NCBI GenBank assembly: GCA_017466205.1
Contig: JAFTUP010000199.1
Coordinates: 1 to 53,972 of the forward strand
Reading direction: 5' to 3'
DNA: 53,972 nucleotides
From: Clostridia bacterium
Lineage (GTDB): Bacteria > Bacillota > Clostridia > Oscillospirales > Acutalibacteraceae
The translations under genes were made by a program, and so were the position numbers. Every line of letters begins with the position of its first letter. Position 1 is the stretch's first letter. Of this stretch, positions 45,057-53,179 are shown one piece after another. The notes under the pieces are model-generated. The model was not told where the DNA came from. It did no database searches and saw nothing but the letters and a program-made list of their open reading frames with translations.

Positions 45057-46211
45057 TTGACAGACACAAATATCCCTCAAAATTCAATAGATGAAGCAAA
45101 ACGTTCAGTAACCCTTGATTATATTCTTATGCTGTGCGTTCCGCTGGCTGTGGCTGTTTTCAACCACGGTCTTACTGCTATGTTCAACTGCACATTTTCA
45201 TTTTTGACCTGTTATTTACTTGTAAAATTGTCAAAAAACTTCCTTAAAACAGAATTCCCGCCAAAAGCTCCGCAAATTTTTATTATCGCTGTAAGCGTTT
45301 CATTACTTTTACCTGCAGCATCACCCTGGTGGATGACAATATTAACATCAGCCTTTGCTATAGGAGTCTGCGTACTACCATTCGGCAACCTTGAAAATGC
45401 TCCGTTTGTTCCGTCAGCTGCTGCAATATGTTTTGCATCACTCTGCTGGAATGATGTGGTATATAATTATTCTGATGTGGGCGATTCCTTAGGAAAAATG
45501 CTCCTTTTCGGCAATTCTATCGGCAAAAATCTTGTTGCAGTTACAGAAGCACTTGTGGGAAGTGTTCCGTCAGCTATGGGAACAGGCTGTATTCTGGCAC
45601 TTATCGGTGTGTTGATTTTTGTTATAATCCGCAGACCAAAGGACTCAATCGCACCAATCTGTTTTATTCTATCAGCAGGAATTATTTCTGCACTTTTCCC
45701 AAGAGTTTCAACAGGCATAGCTATCTCAGTTGTTATGGAGCTTTCTTCAGGTATGCTACTTTTTGGTGCAGTTTTCTTTTTATCAGCACCGACGATTGCT
45801 CCGAAACGACCGCTTTCAAAAGCTGTCTGGGGATTTGTCGGCGGTATTATCTGTATGCTTGTAAAATATGTAAGTCCCCTTGAGGACAGCACCTGCTTCA
45901 GTTTTTTGATTATTTGTGCAATTTCAGATTACTTTGATAATCTTCCTCTTACACTCAATGAAAAGCGAAGAATTAAGGCACAGGAGCCTTATATTGAAAT
46001 CGAGCCTGTAGCGTCAGTTGTTCCTGAAAAAATTCTTGAAGAAATTCCTGATATGACTATCCGCGAAATAATTGAGCAGACAGATGAGCCTGAGGAAACA
46101 GAAGAACAGTCTTCCTATGAAAGCGAAAGTCTTGAAGCAGTGGTATCTGAAGAAAATACACTTACAGACTCAAAAGCACCTTTTGTAATGGGAGGTGGCG
46201 ATGATGAGTAA
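45057..46211 (+). CDS. RnfD/NqrB-like polytopic membrane protein lacking the FMN-attachment Thr, with an acidic C-terminal tail
   Basis: Homologous blocks are SAFAIGVCVLPFGNLENAPFVPSAAAICFASLCW, MGTGCILALIGVLIFVIIRR and SGMLLFGAVFFLSAPTIAPKRPLSKAVWGFVGGIICMLVKY. The TTG start has GTGAGGA 6 nt upstream. Confidence 0.75.
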   Translation: MTDTNIPQNSIDEAKRSVTLDYILMLCVPLAVAVFNHGLTAMFNCTFSFLTCYLLVKLSKNFLKTEFPPKAPQIFIIAVSVSLLLPAASPWWMTILTSAFAIGVCVLPFGNLENAPFVPSAAAICFASLCWNDVVYNYSDVGDSLGKMLLFGNSIGKNLVAVTEALVGSVPSAMGTGCILALIGVLIFVIIRRPKDSIAPICFILSAGIISALFPRVSTGIAISVVMELSSGMLLFGAVFFLSAPTIAPKRPLSKAVWGFVGGIICMLVKYVSPLEDSTCFSFLIICAISDYFDNLPLTLNEKRRIKAQEPYIEIEPVASVVPEKILEEIPDMTIREIIEQTDEPEETEEQSSYESESLEAVVSEENTLTDSKAPFVMGGGDDE

Positions 46212-47151
46212 TAAAAATTCAACCTTAAAGACGATTCGTAACAGTGCACTTATTAAAAATCCTTTGCTTTTTGAAGCAATAGGTCTTTGTCCTGTTGTTG
46301 CTATTGCTCAATCATTGAAGCTTGCGGTTTTCCTTGCGGTTGTTACTGCAGTTGAACTTGTTGTATGCGAGGTTCTTGCTTCAAAATTCCTTAAAAATGT
46401 CCGTCGTTACTGGCGAGTTGCTCTTTATACAGTTTTTGGTGTAGCAATTATTTTTCCGACAATGTATCTTACAAACAAGATTTTTCCTGATTTATCAGCT
46501 AACTTTGGTGTTTATCTTCCGCTTATGGCTGTTAATTCACTAATCGCACTTCATTGTGAACGTGTGGCAGTTAAAAACGATGTTAAAACAAGCTTTATTG
46601 ATGCTGCCTCTGCTGCGTTGAGCTACGGTGTGGTTGCAATTATAGTTGGCTTTATCCGTGAACTTCTGGCAAACGGTACTGTATGGGGTCACAGCCTTAA
46701 TACTCCTGTTACTCTCTCTGCATTTTCAATGCCCTTTGGCGGACTTATCCTTATGGGATTTCTGGCAGCAGGACTTAAAGCTTATATAAATGTTAAATTT
46801 CCCGAATCAAATCCTGACAAGGCATTTGACACATCTGAAATCAGGCGTTCTCTCCGGGATAATTTTATAAATCTTATGAAGGATGATTTCAATCCTTACG
46901 GAGATTCTGCTGAAGAGGATATTAAAATCTACAATCCGGGCGATAAGTCAGCAAAAGCTGAAAAAAATAAAAAGTCAAAGAAAAGTAAAAACAGTGTTGA
47001 TACTTCTCCTGAAACCGCCTCTCCTGTTACTGAAAATCCTGAAACTGAAAAACGAAGAACATATCTTGATGAATTTTCAGATATTCTTTCAGACCTTGAA
47101 GAATACAAGAACAAAAACAAGTCTGATGATAACGGAGGTGACGGAGAATGA
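46201..47151 (+). CDS. RnfE/NqrD-like membrane protein with one of two conserved Cys lost and a ~110-aa hydrophilic tail
   Basis: NPLLFEAIGLCPVVAIAQS and FGVYLPLMAVNSLIALHCERVAVKN ... FIRELLANGTVWG are present. The ATG at 46201 lies inside the upstream gene, preceded by GGAGGTG. Confidence 0.75.
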   Translation: MMSNKNSTLKTIRNSALIKNPLLFEAIGLCPVVAIAQSLKLAVFLAVVTAVELVVCEVLASKFLKNVRRYWRVALYTVFGVAIIFPTMYLTNKIFPDLSANFGVYLPLMAVNSLIALHCERVAVKNDVKTSFIDAASAALSYGVVAIIVGFIRELLANGTVWGHSLNTPVTLSAFSMPFGGLILMGFLAAGLKAYINVKFPESNPDKAFDTSEIRRSLRDNFINLMKDDFNPYGDSAEEDIKIYNPGDKSAKAEKNKKSKKSKNSVDTSPETASPVTENPETEKRRTYLDEFSDILSDLEEYKNKNKSDDNGGDGE

Positions 47152-47741
47152 GTGTGATTTCAGAGCTTCTTTCTGCAGCACTTTATGTTATGCTGTTCCA
47201 GAACCTCATCTTCAACGGTGGTTATGGCTTGAGCGAAGCTGTTCGTATGAGTGCAAAACCGCGACAGCTTTTCCCGATGGCTGTTTTTATAACACTTTTT
47301 TCAACTGTCACATCCGCAATCTGTGTACTTGTTGACCTTTTCCCTGTTGTAAAAAATCTTAACGAGATTACTCATGCGCTTATTTATGTTGGTATTCTCC
47401 TTCTAATTTACATTATAATAATGATTGCTGTCAATATTTACGGTAAAGTTCAGCCTGCAACAAAACGCAGAATCGGTATAGCTGCCTTTAATACTCTTAT
47501 TTTTGCAATACCTCTCATTAATTACCGTTCAGTTTTCTCAATTGTTGAATCAATCGGTGCGGGTCTCGGTGCAGGTCTTGCTTATGTTATTGCTGTTCTT
47601 CTCATTAACAGCGGTCTTAAAAAACTTGACAGCAACACAAATATTCCGAAATGCTTCAAGGGTACTCCTGCAATTTTCATTTATACTGCAATTTTATCCT
47701 TGGCTTTTTCAGGTATTTCCGGCACATCAGTATTTATTTAA
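47148..47741 (+). CDS. RnfA/NqrE-like membrane protein lacking both conserved Cys
   Basis: The C-terminal block NIPKCFKGTPAIFIYTAILSLAFSGISG matches RnfA. The ATGA start/stop overlaps the upstream gene, and GGAGGTG lies upstream. Confidence 0.7.
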   Translation: MSVISELLSAALYVMLFQNLIFNGGYGLSEAVRMSAKPRQLFPMAVFITLFSTVTSAICVLVDLFPVVKNLNEITHALIYVGILLLIYIIIMIAVNIYGKVQPATKRRIGIAAFNTLIFAIPLINYRSVFSIVESIGAGLGAGLAYVIAVLLINSGLKKLDSNTNIPKCFKGTPAIFIYTAILSLAFSGISGTSVFI

Positions 47742-47753
47742 AGGAATTTTATT

Positions 47754-48887
47754 ATGGCAAAAAACGACAACAATCAACGTCATCTCAAGGGATATTACAG
47801 ATTTTCAAAAAAATATCCTTCCCGACGAGGAGAACGACCTATCCACGAAAGCCGTAAGGCTAAAAAAAGAGAACGCATCAGAACAGCTCTGTTTTGCGTG
47901 TTTTTGTGTTGCCTCTTTGCAGGAATTTTTATTTTTGCGAAATTCTGCTATAACCTTTCAACCCGACCTCTTGATGACAATGTAATTGAAGAAGCTCCAA
48001 CAATTACAGCTGATAATCTCGGTACTGTCCGTGCAACATATCTTCAGAACGATATTCTTGACGATATCGGCAAGCTTAATGAGTTTCTTGATACCGCAAA
48101 AGAAAACGGATTTAATTCAGTTTTGCTTGATTTCAAAACTCAGAAAGGTATTTTAACCTATTCATCAACGCTTATGCCATATTCTGATGACGAAGATTAT
48201 GTTGAAATTGATGTTTCAATTATTGAACGGATAAAGCTTGAAGGCTTTTTAATCCTTGGCAGAATTTATTGCTTTGAAGACACTGTCGCTCCTCAAAGGC
48301 TTAATGCTTATGTATTTGAAAATGCAGAAAAAACAAGAATATGGTTTGACGATTCAGCAATTACAGGCGGTAGAGTGTGGCTTGACCCAACAAATTCCAA
48401 ATCCGTAAAATATCTCACATCAGTAATCAACGAAGTTACTGAACTGGGAGTGGACTGTATCTATCTTGACTCTGTTCAGTTCCCTGAATCACGGGCAGGT
48501 GCTGTTCCTGTTTATACAAAGGACGATGCAACACTTAACAGAAATCTTGTCCTTATGCAATTTATTGAAAAAGCAGTTGCTTCTGCAAACGGACGACCTG
48601 TTATTTTAGGTTGTCCGATAGAGTGTACCGATGGCGGTAACACAGAAAAATGGGGAGGAACACTTTTCGACTCTGCCGCACATATCTGCTCACCGTTTCT
48701 TGAAAATCCCGGAAACAGTGACTTTATCTCATATATCGAAAACACTTATATTGTTCTTAACAATAAAGCACAGAACAACTTTTCAACCGTAAAAGTCATT
48801 CCGACTATTAAATTTCCTGTGGAAAATCTCGATTTTTACGAAAAAATATCCTCAAGCAAGGCAGAAAGTTATATAATTCTTCCTTGA
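47754..48887 (+). CDS. TM-anchored DUF4015/GHL-type putative glycoside-hydrolase-like protein
   Basis: Basic N-terminus plus TM helix ALFCVFLCCLFAGIFIFAKF. The TIM-barrel-like blocks are VRATYLQ, GFNSVLLDFKTQKGILTY, RVWLDPTN and GVDCIYLDSVQFPE. Confidence 0.65.
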   Translation: MAKNDNNQRHLKGYYRFSKKYPSRRGERPIHESRKAKKRERIRTALFCVFLCCLFAGIFIFAKFCYNLSTRPLDDNVIEEAPTITADNLGTVRATYLQNDILDDIGKLNEFLDTAKENGFNSVLLDFKTQKGILTYSSTLMPYSDDEDYVEIDVSIIERIKLEGFLILGRIYCFEDTVAPQRLNAYVFENAEKTRIWFDDSAITGGRVWLDPTNSKSVKYLTSVINEVTELGVDCIYLDSVQFPESRAGAVPVYTKDDATLNRNLVLMQFIEKAVASANGRPVILGCPIECTDGGNTEKWGGTLFDSAAHICSPFLENPGNSDFISYIENTYIVLNNKAQNNFSTVKVIPTIKFPVENLDFYEKISSSKAESYIILP

Positions 48888-48901
48888 TTTTACAAAAAGA
48901 C

Positions 48902-48930
48902 TTGAAATACAATTAATTTTATTGTATTAT
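48902..48930 (+). promoter_or_regulatory. Putative promoter of efp
   Basis: TTGAAA (48902-48907), 17 nt, TATTAT (48925-48930). Confidence 0.4.
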
Positions 48931-48969
48931 TTATAGTGTATTAAACAAAAAAACGGAGGTATATTACCT

Positions 48970-49527
48970 ATGGTATCAGCAGGTGATTTCAGAAACGGCG
49001 TAACTTTTGAAATGGATGGCAACGTATATCAAATCGTTGAATTCCAGCACGTTAAACCGGGCAAGGGCGCTGCTTTCGTAAGAGCAAAAATTAAGAACGT
49101 TATTTCAGGTGGTGTTGTTGAAAGAACATTCAACCCAACTGAAAAGTATCCGACAGCAGTCATTGAAAGAAGAGATATGGAATATTCTTACAATGATGGC
49201 GGTCTTTACTACTTTATGGATCAGGAAACATACGATATGGTTCCTGTAAATGCTTCAGACCTTGGCGACAACTTTAAGTTTGTTAAAGAAAATATGATTT
49301 GTAAAATCCTTTCATATAAGGGTAATGTTTTCGGTGTTGAACCACCAAACTTTGTTGTACTTCAGGTAACACAGACTGACCCTGGTTTTGCAGGCAACAC
49401 AGCAACTAACGCTACAAAACCTGCTACTCTTGAAACAGGTGCAGAAATCAAAGTTCCTCTCTTCATTGAAGAAGGCGAAATGATTAACGTTGATACTCGT
49501 ACAGGCGAGTATATGTCAAGAGCATAA
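48970..49527 (+). CDS. efp: Translation elongation factor P
   Basis: [44 protein letters not shown]; 185 aa; GGAGG RBS. Confidence 0.95.
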   Translation: MVSAGDFRNGVTFEMDGNVYQIVEFQHVKPGKGAAFVRAKIKNVISGGVVERTFNPTEKYPTAVIERRDMEYSYNDGGLYYFMDQETYDMVPVNASDLGDNFKFVKENMICKILSYKGNVFGVEPPNFVVLQVTQTDPGFAGNTATNATKPATLETGAEIKVPLFIEEGEMINVDTRTGEYMSRA

Positions 49528-49570
49528 TTTTTGCTGATTAAGTTAAACTATACTTAACGGAGGATTTATA

Positions 49571-49999
49571 ATGATGACAGTAACAGAAAAAGTAGCATAT
49601 CTCAAGGGTCTTGTTGAAGGTCTTGACTTTGACAAGGACGATAAAGAAACAAAAGTTATCAATGCAGTTCTCGATGTACTTGAGGACCTTGCACTTACAG
49701 TAAGTGACCTTGATGACGAAATGGCTCTCGTTACAGAACAGCTTGATGCTGTTGACGAAGATTTAGCAGACCTTGAAGAAATCTTCTACGATGAATGTGA
49801 CGACTGCGATTGTGACTGTGACGATTGCGACTGCGATTGTGATGAGGATATGTATGAGGTTGAATGTCCTAACTGTGGCGAAATGATTTACTTTGATGAA
49901 GAAATCATTCTTGACGGTCAGGCTGAATGTCCTGCATGCGGTGAAACACTCGAATTCGAAACAGAATGCGAATGTGACTGCTGCGAAGACGAAGAATAA
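49571..49999 (+). CDS. Acidic zinc-ribbon protein (CD1247 N-terminal-domain-like) with a (Cys-Asp)n tract
   Basis: EKVAYLKGLVEGLDFD is the N-terminal pattern seen downstream of efp in Clostridia. CDDCDCDCDDCDCDCDED is followed by CPNCG...CPACG. A GGAGG RBS precedes the start. Confidence 0.7.
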   Translation: MMTVTEKVAYLKGLVEGLDFDKDDKETKVINAVLDVLEDLALTVSDLDDEMALVTEQLDAVDEDLADLEEIFYDECDDCDCDCDDCDCDCDEDMYEVECPNCGEMIYFDEEIILDGQAECPACGETLEFETECECDCCEDEE

Positions 50000-50022
50000 T
50001 AACTTATATCCAAACAAATTAT

Positions 50023-50050
50023 GGACTACCGTTTTGGTAGTCCTTTTTTT
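50023..50050 (+). terminator. Rho-independent terminator of the efp operon
   Basis: ggactacc (50023-50030) pairs with ggtagtcc (50036-50043), followed by TTTTTTT. Confidence 0.8.
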
Positions 50051-50100
50051 ATTGCTTTTCTATCTGTTTAGTGATAGACTATAGTTATGGAGGGATTGAT

Positions 50101-51003
50101 ATGACAGATAACAAAAAAATGATGAAAACTTATACCATTATGTGGGCAATTATTGCAGTTGTTTACGGATTGTGGATGTCCTTTGTAATGAGCTGGGACC
50201 AATATGCTTACATAATTCCGACAGAAGCTGATATGCTTTTACCTGCTGACCAATTTATTGCAAAATTTGACGGTATGCTTTACGGACCGATGTATGCAAA
50301 TGCAACTATCTATTGGCTTTGGGTAATCGGTTCAACTATTCTTTTATTTGTTTATGCACTTTTTATCAAAAAAATATTATTTGCAGAAAAGCTTTCAAAA
50401 GCAACAACGATTTTCTGTGCTGTAAATCTTATTGCAGGATTTGCATTTATCACATGGTATGGATTTTTGGATTTTCCAAAACAGTTCGGCAATATTTTAA
50501 CTGACGTAACTGCAAGTATGTTGGGACTTAAATACCCATTGGAATATAAAATCTGGGGCGTGCTTTCTTCACTTTCAATTTTTACTAATGTTCTCTATAT
50601 GTATCGCAAAAACAACTATTATAACAAAGCAGGAATTATCATAACATCTCTTGGATGTGCTGCACTTTTTGTTACAATAAATGTTCCTTCAGCGGGTCTT
50701 GAACTTATTATGACACCGAGATGCTTAGGACATTGGGCATCTGCTCTTATATTCGCATTCTTTGGTGCAGCAGGTGTTATAATTTTTCTATTCCATAAAT
50801 GTATGGAAAAGGATAAGAAATACATAATTGCAACTGTAATCTTTGTTATTATTCTTGCTCTTATGCTTGTGCTTCTGGTAACAGTGGGTAAGAGTGCATT
50901 TATCGAAAATCTTCCTATGTGGGTTGCTTATGTACTTTTATTCATCATCAACTTTACATCATTTTTTGATAAAAAACTTGTAAAAGAAACTATTAAAGCA
51001 TAA
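50101..51003 (+). CDS. Polytopic membrane protein of unknown function
   Basis: About 8 TM helices. GGAGGG lies 6 nt before the ATG at 50101; the ORF-track GTG at 50071 sits directly after the terminator. Confidence 0.65.
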   Translation: MTDNKKMMKTYTIMWAIIAVVYGLWMSFVMSWDQYAYIIPTEADMLLPADQFIAKFDGMLYGPMYANATIYWLWVIGSTILLFVYALFIKKILFAEKLSKATTIFCAVNLIAGFAFITWYGFLDFPKQFGNILTDVTASMLGLKYPLEYKIWGVLSSLSIFTNVLYMYRKNNYYNKAGIIITSLGCAALFVTINVPSAGLELIMTPRCLGHWASALIFAFFGAAGVIIFLFHKCMEKDKKYIIATVIFVIILALMLVLLVTVGKSAFIENLPMWVAYVLLFIINFTSFFDKKLVKETIKA

Positions 51004-51015
51004 AGGAGAATTCCA

Positions 51016-51426
51016 ATGAAAGATATTTTAATGACAAATATTCCTGCGGCAGTTGCAACAATAGGACTTGTACTTTACTTTTTTGGTATGGCAATTGTAT
51101 TTATTATAAGTCCGCTTAAAAATGCTGAAAGCTTTTCAATCAAGCCTGTTGACAATGCAGGTAAAACAGAAATTCGAGTTTATTACGGTGGTATTTCAGG
51201 TGCTTTGGGTGGATTTTTGCTTTTCCTTATGCTTGCTCTTAAAACACCATATTATTCAATGATTGGCGGACTTTTCTTCTCTACAACGGTATTTGTTACA
51301 AGAACAATATTCCTTTTTGTTGACAAGGGCTGGAAATGTCCTTACACAAAGCTCGCAATTCCTGCAGAGGGACTTTTTGTAATTGCCCTTTGGACTTGCT
51401 TCATTCTTTCAAAGGTTTTATATTAA
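51016..51426 (+). CDS. Small 4-TM membrane protein (DUF4345-like)
   Basis: 136 aa. EIRVYYGGISGALGGFLLF is present. An AAGGAG RBS precedes the start. Confidence 0.6.
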   Translation: MKDILMTNIPAAVATIGLVLYFFGMAIVFIISPLKNAESFSIKPVDNAGKTEIRVYYGGISGALGGFLLFLMLALKTPYYSMIGGLFFSTTVFVTRTIFLFVDKGWKCPYTKLAIPAEGLFVIALWTCFILSKVLY

Positions 51427-51427
51427 T

Positions 51428-52117
51428 ATGAATAAGGAATCAGAGGTTCGTTCAAGGTTGTTTGAATATCAGGATTTAAAATATCGTGATTTCAACTCAA
51501 AGCTGATACCTACCGTCAATAAGGACAGAATTATCGGTGTTCGTACTCCTGTGTTGCGAAAACTTGCAAAAGAATTTAATAAAGCAGATTATAAGGATGA
51601 GTTTTTAAAAGCTCTACCTCACAAATATTATGAAGAAGACAATTTACACGCTTTTCTCATTGAGCAAATTAAAGATTTTGATGAGTGTATTTTTGCTTTA
51701 GATAATTTTCTTCTATATATTGATAACTGGGCAACTTGCGATATGATGACTCCTAAAGTTTTAGGAAAAGAACCCGAAAAATTATACTATAAAATTCAGG
51801 AATGGGTAAATTCCTCTCATACATATACAGTAAGATTTAGTGTAGTAACGCTTATGAAATTTTTTATGAACGAGCGTTTAGATAAAAAGCATCTAAACCT
51901 ACTTTTAACCATTAAGTCTGACGAGTATTACATCAATATGGCAATTGCTTGGTATCTTGCAACAGCACTTGCTTGTAATTGGGATATGGTCATTCCATAC
52001 ATTGAAAAGAAAAAATTCAACAAATGGGTTCACAATAAAGCTATTCAGAAAGCTATTGAAAGTTATCGTATTACTCCTGAACAAAAAACGTATTTAAAAA
52101 CATTAAAGATAAAGTGA
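51428..52117 (+). CDS. DNA alkylation repair protein (AlkD-like HEAT-repeat family)
   Basis: YRDFNSKLIPTVNKDRIIGVRTPVLRKLAKEF and NWATCDMM are present. The ATG at 51428 lies 1 nt after the upstream stop; the ORF-track start at 51383 overlaps the previous gene. Confidence 0.75.
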   Translation: MNKESEVRSRLFEYQDLKYRDFNSKLIPTVNKDRIIGVRTPVLRKLAKEFNKADYKDEFLKALPHKYYEEDNLHAFLIEQIKDFDECIFALDNFLLYIDNWATCDMMTPKVLGKEPEKLYYKIQEWVNSSHTYTVRFSVVTLMKFFMNERLDKKHLNLLLTIKSDEYYINMAIAWYLATALACNWDMVIPYIEKKKFNKWVHNKAIQKAIESYRITPEQKTYLKTLKIK

Positions 52118-52150
52118 AAGAGCAGTTCGTGAAAACTGCTCTTTCGTTGT
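52117..52150 (+). terminator. Terminator after the AlkD-like gene
   Basis: aaagagcagtt (52117-52127) pairs with aactgctcttt (52134-52144), followed by cgttgttt. Confidence 0.65.
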
Positions 52151-52199
52151 TTATATAAGAAATATACACGGCGGGAGCAAGCCCCTCGCCCTACTTTAA

Positions 52200-53015
52200 T
52201 TATTCTGCCATCTTTTTGATAACATCAAAAAACTGCTTTTCTTCACTAAGCTCAATTGCACCTTTATCAACAAGTGCTGCATTTGCAGGATTAATAGGAA
52301 GCTTTGCAAGTACAGGAATACCTAATTCTGCAGCAACTTCGTCAATCTTGCTTTCACCATAAATATAGTGCTTCTTGTTACAATCAGGACATTCAAAATA
52401 ACTCATATTTTCAACAATACCAATAATTGGAACATTCATCATCTTTGCCATATTTACTGCTTTTTTTACAATAAGTGTAACCAAATCCTGAGGGGTTGTT
52501 ACAATAATTATTCCGTCAACAGGAAGTGACTGGAAGACTGTAAGCGGAACATCACCTGTTCCCGGAGGCATATCAACAAACATAAAGTCAACGTCTCCCC
52601 ATACAACCTCCTGCCAGAATTGGTGAATAAGACCTGAAATAACAGGTCCTCGCCAGATAACAGGCTGGTCTTCCTTTTCGAGAAGCAGGTTGACACTCAT
52701 AATTCTTGTTCCAAGCTTTGACTCTAACGGGTACATACCCTCTGCTGTACCTTCAGGATTTCCGTGAACACCAAAAGCCTTCGGAATTGACGGACCTGTA
52801 ATATCAGCATCAAGAATAGCTGTCTGATAGCCCATTGTCTGTGCTGTTACAGCAAGAGAAGATGTGACAAAGCTCTTACCAACGCCACCCTTACCGCTTA
52901 CAACACCAATAACCTTTTTAACGTCACTCATCGGATTGCCCGGAATGTGCAAATCCTGTTTTTTGCTGTCACAGTTTGATGAACAACTGCTGCAATTTCC
53001 ACTACATCCACTCAT
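52200..53015 (-). CDS. Mrp/NBP35-family Fe-S cluster carrier ATPase (ApbC-like)
   Basis: VIGVVSGKGGVGKSFVTSSLA is the deviant Walker A. CPDC is present. The N-terminus is Cys-rich: CSGNCSSCSSNC. Confidence 0.9.
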   Translation of the reverse strand: MSGCSGNCSSCSSNCDSKKQDLHIPGNPMSDVKKVIGVVSGKGGVGKSFVTSSLAVTAQTMGYQTAILDADITGPSIPKAFGVHGNPEGTAEGMYPLESKLGTRIMSVNLLLEKEDQPVIWRGPVISGLIHQFWQEVVWGDVDFMFVDMPPGTGDVPLTVFQSLPVDGIIIVTTPQDLVTLIVKKAVNMAKMMNVPIIGIVENMSYFECPDCNKKHYIYGESKIDEVAAELGIPVLAKLPINPANAALVDKGAIELSEEKQFFDVIKKMAE

Positions 53016-53179
53016 TTTACAAAACCTCTTTCGTAGGGGTCGTAAATTCTCGGCTCCCCTGAAAGGGAGCTGTCACCGTAAGGTGACTGAGGGGTTTTGA
53101 CGACCCGAAATTTATTTTTGAATCCCTCCACCATCTTCGATGGTCCCCCTCCCTTTAACAAGGGAGGCTTTTATAGGAT
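53016..53179. repeat. String of short GC-rich hairpins filling the Mrp-mnmE intergenic region
   Basis: Hairpins gctccc-ctgaaa-gggagc, gtcacc-gtaa-ggtgac, accatc-ttc-gatggt and cctccctt-taaca-agggagg. The style matches 37381-37560. Confidence 0.65.

Noticed and set aside
46186-47151. A shared C-terminal motif on the RnfD-like (…GGGDDE) and RnfE-like (…GGDGE) proteins, considered as a possible sorting or interaction signal.
   Set aside because: The Gly-Gly codons are GGAGGTG, the Shine-Dalgarno sequence of the next overlapping gene. The motif is explained by translational coupling, not protein function.
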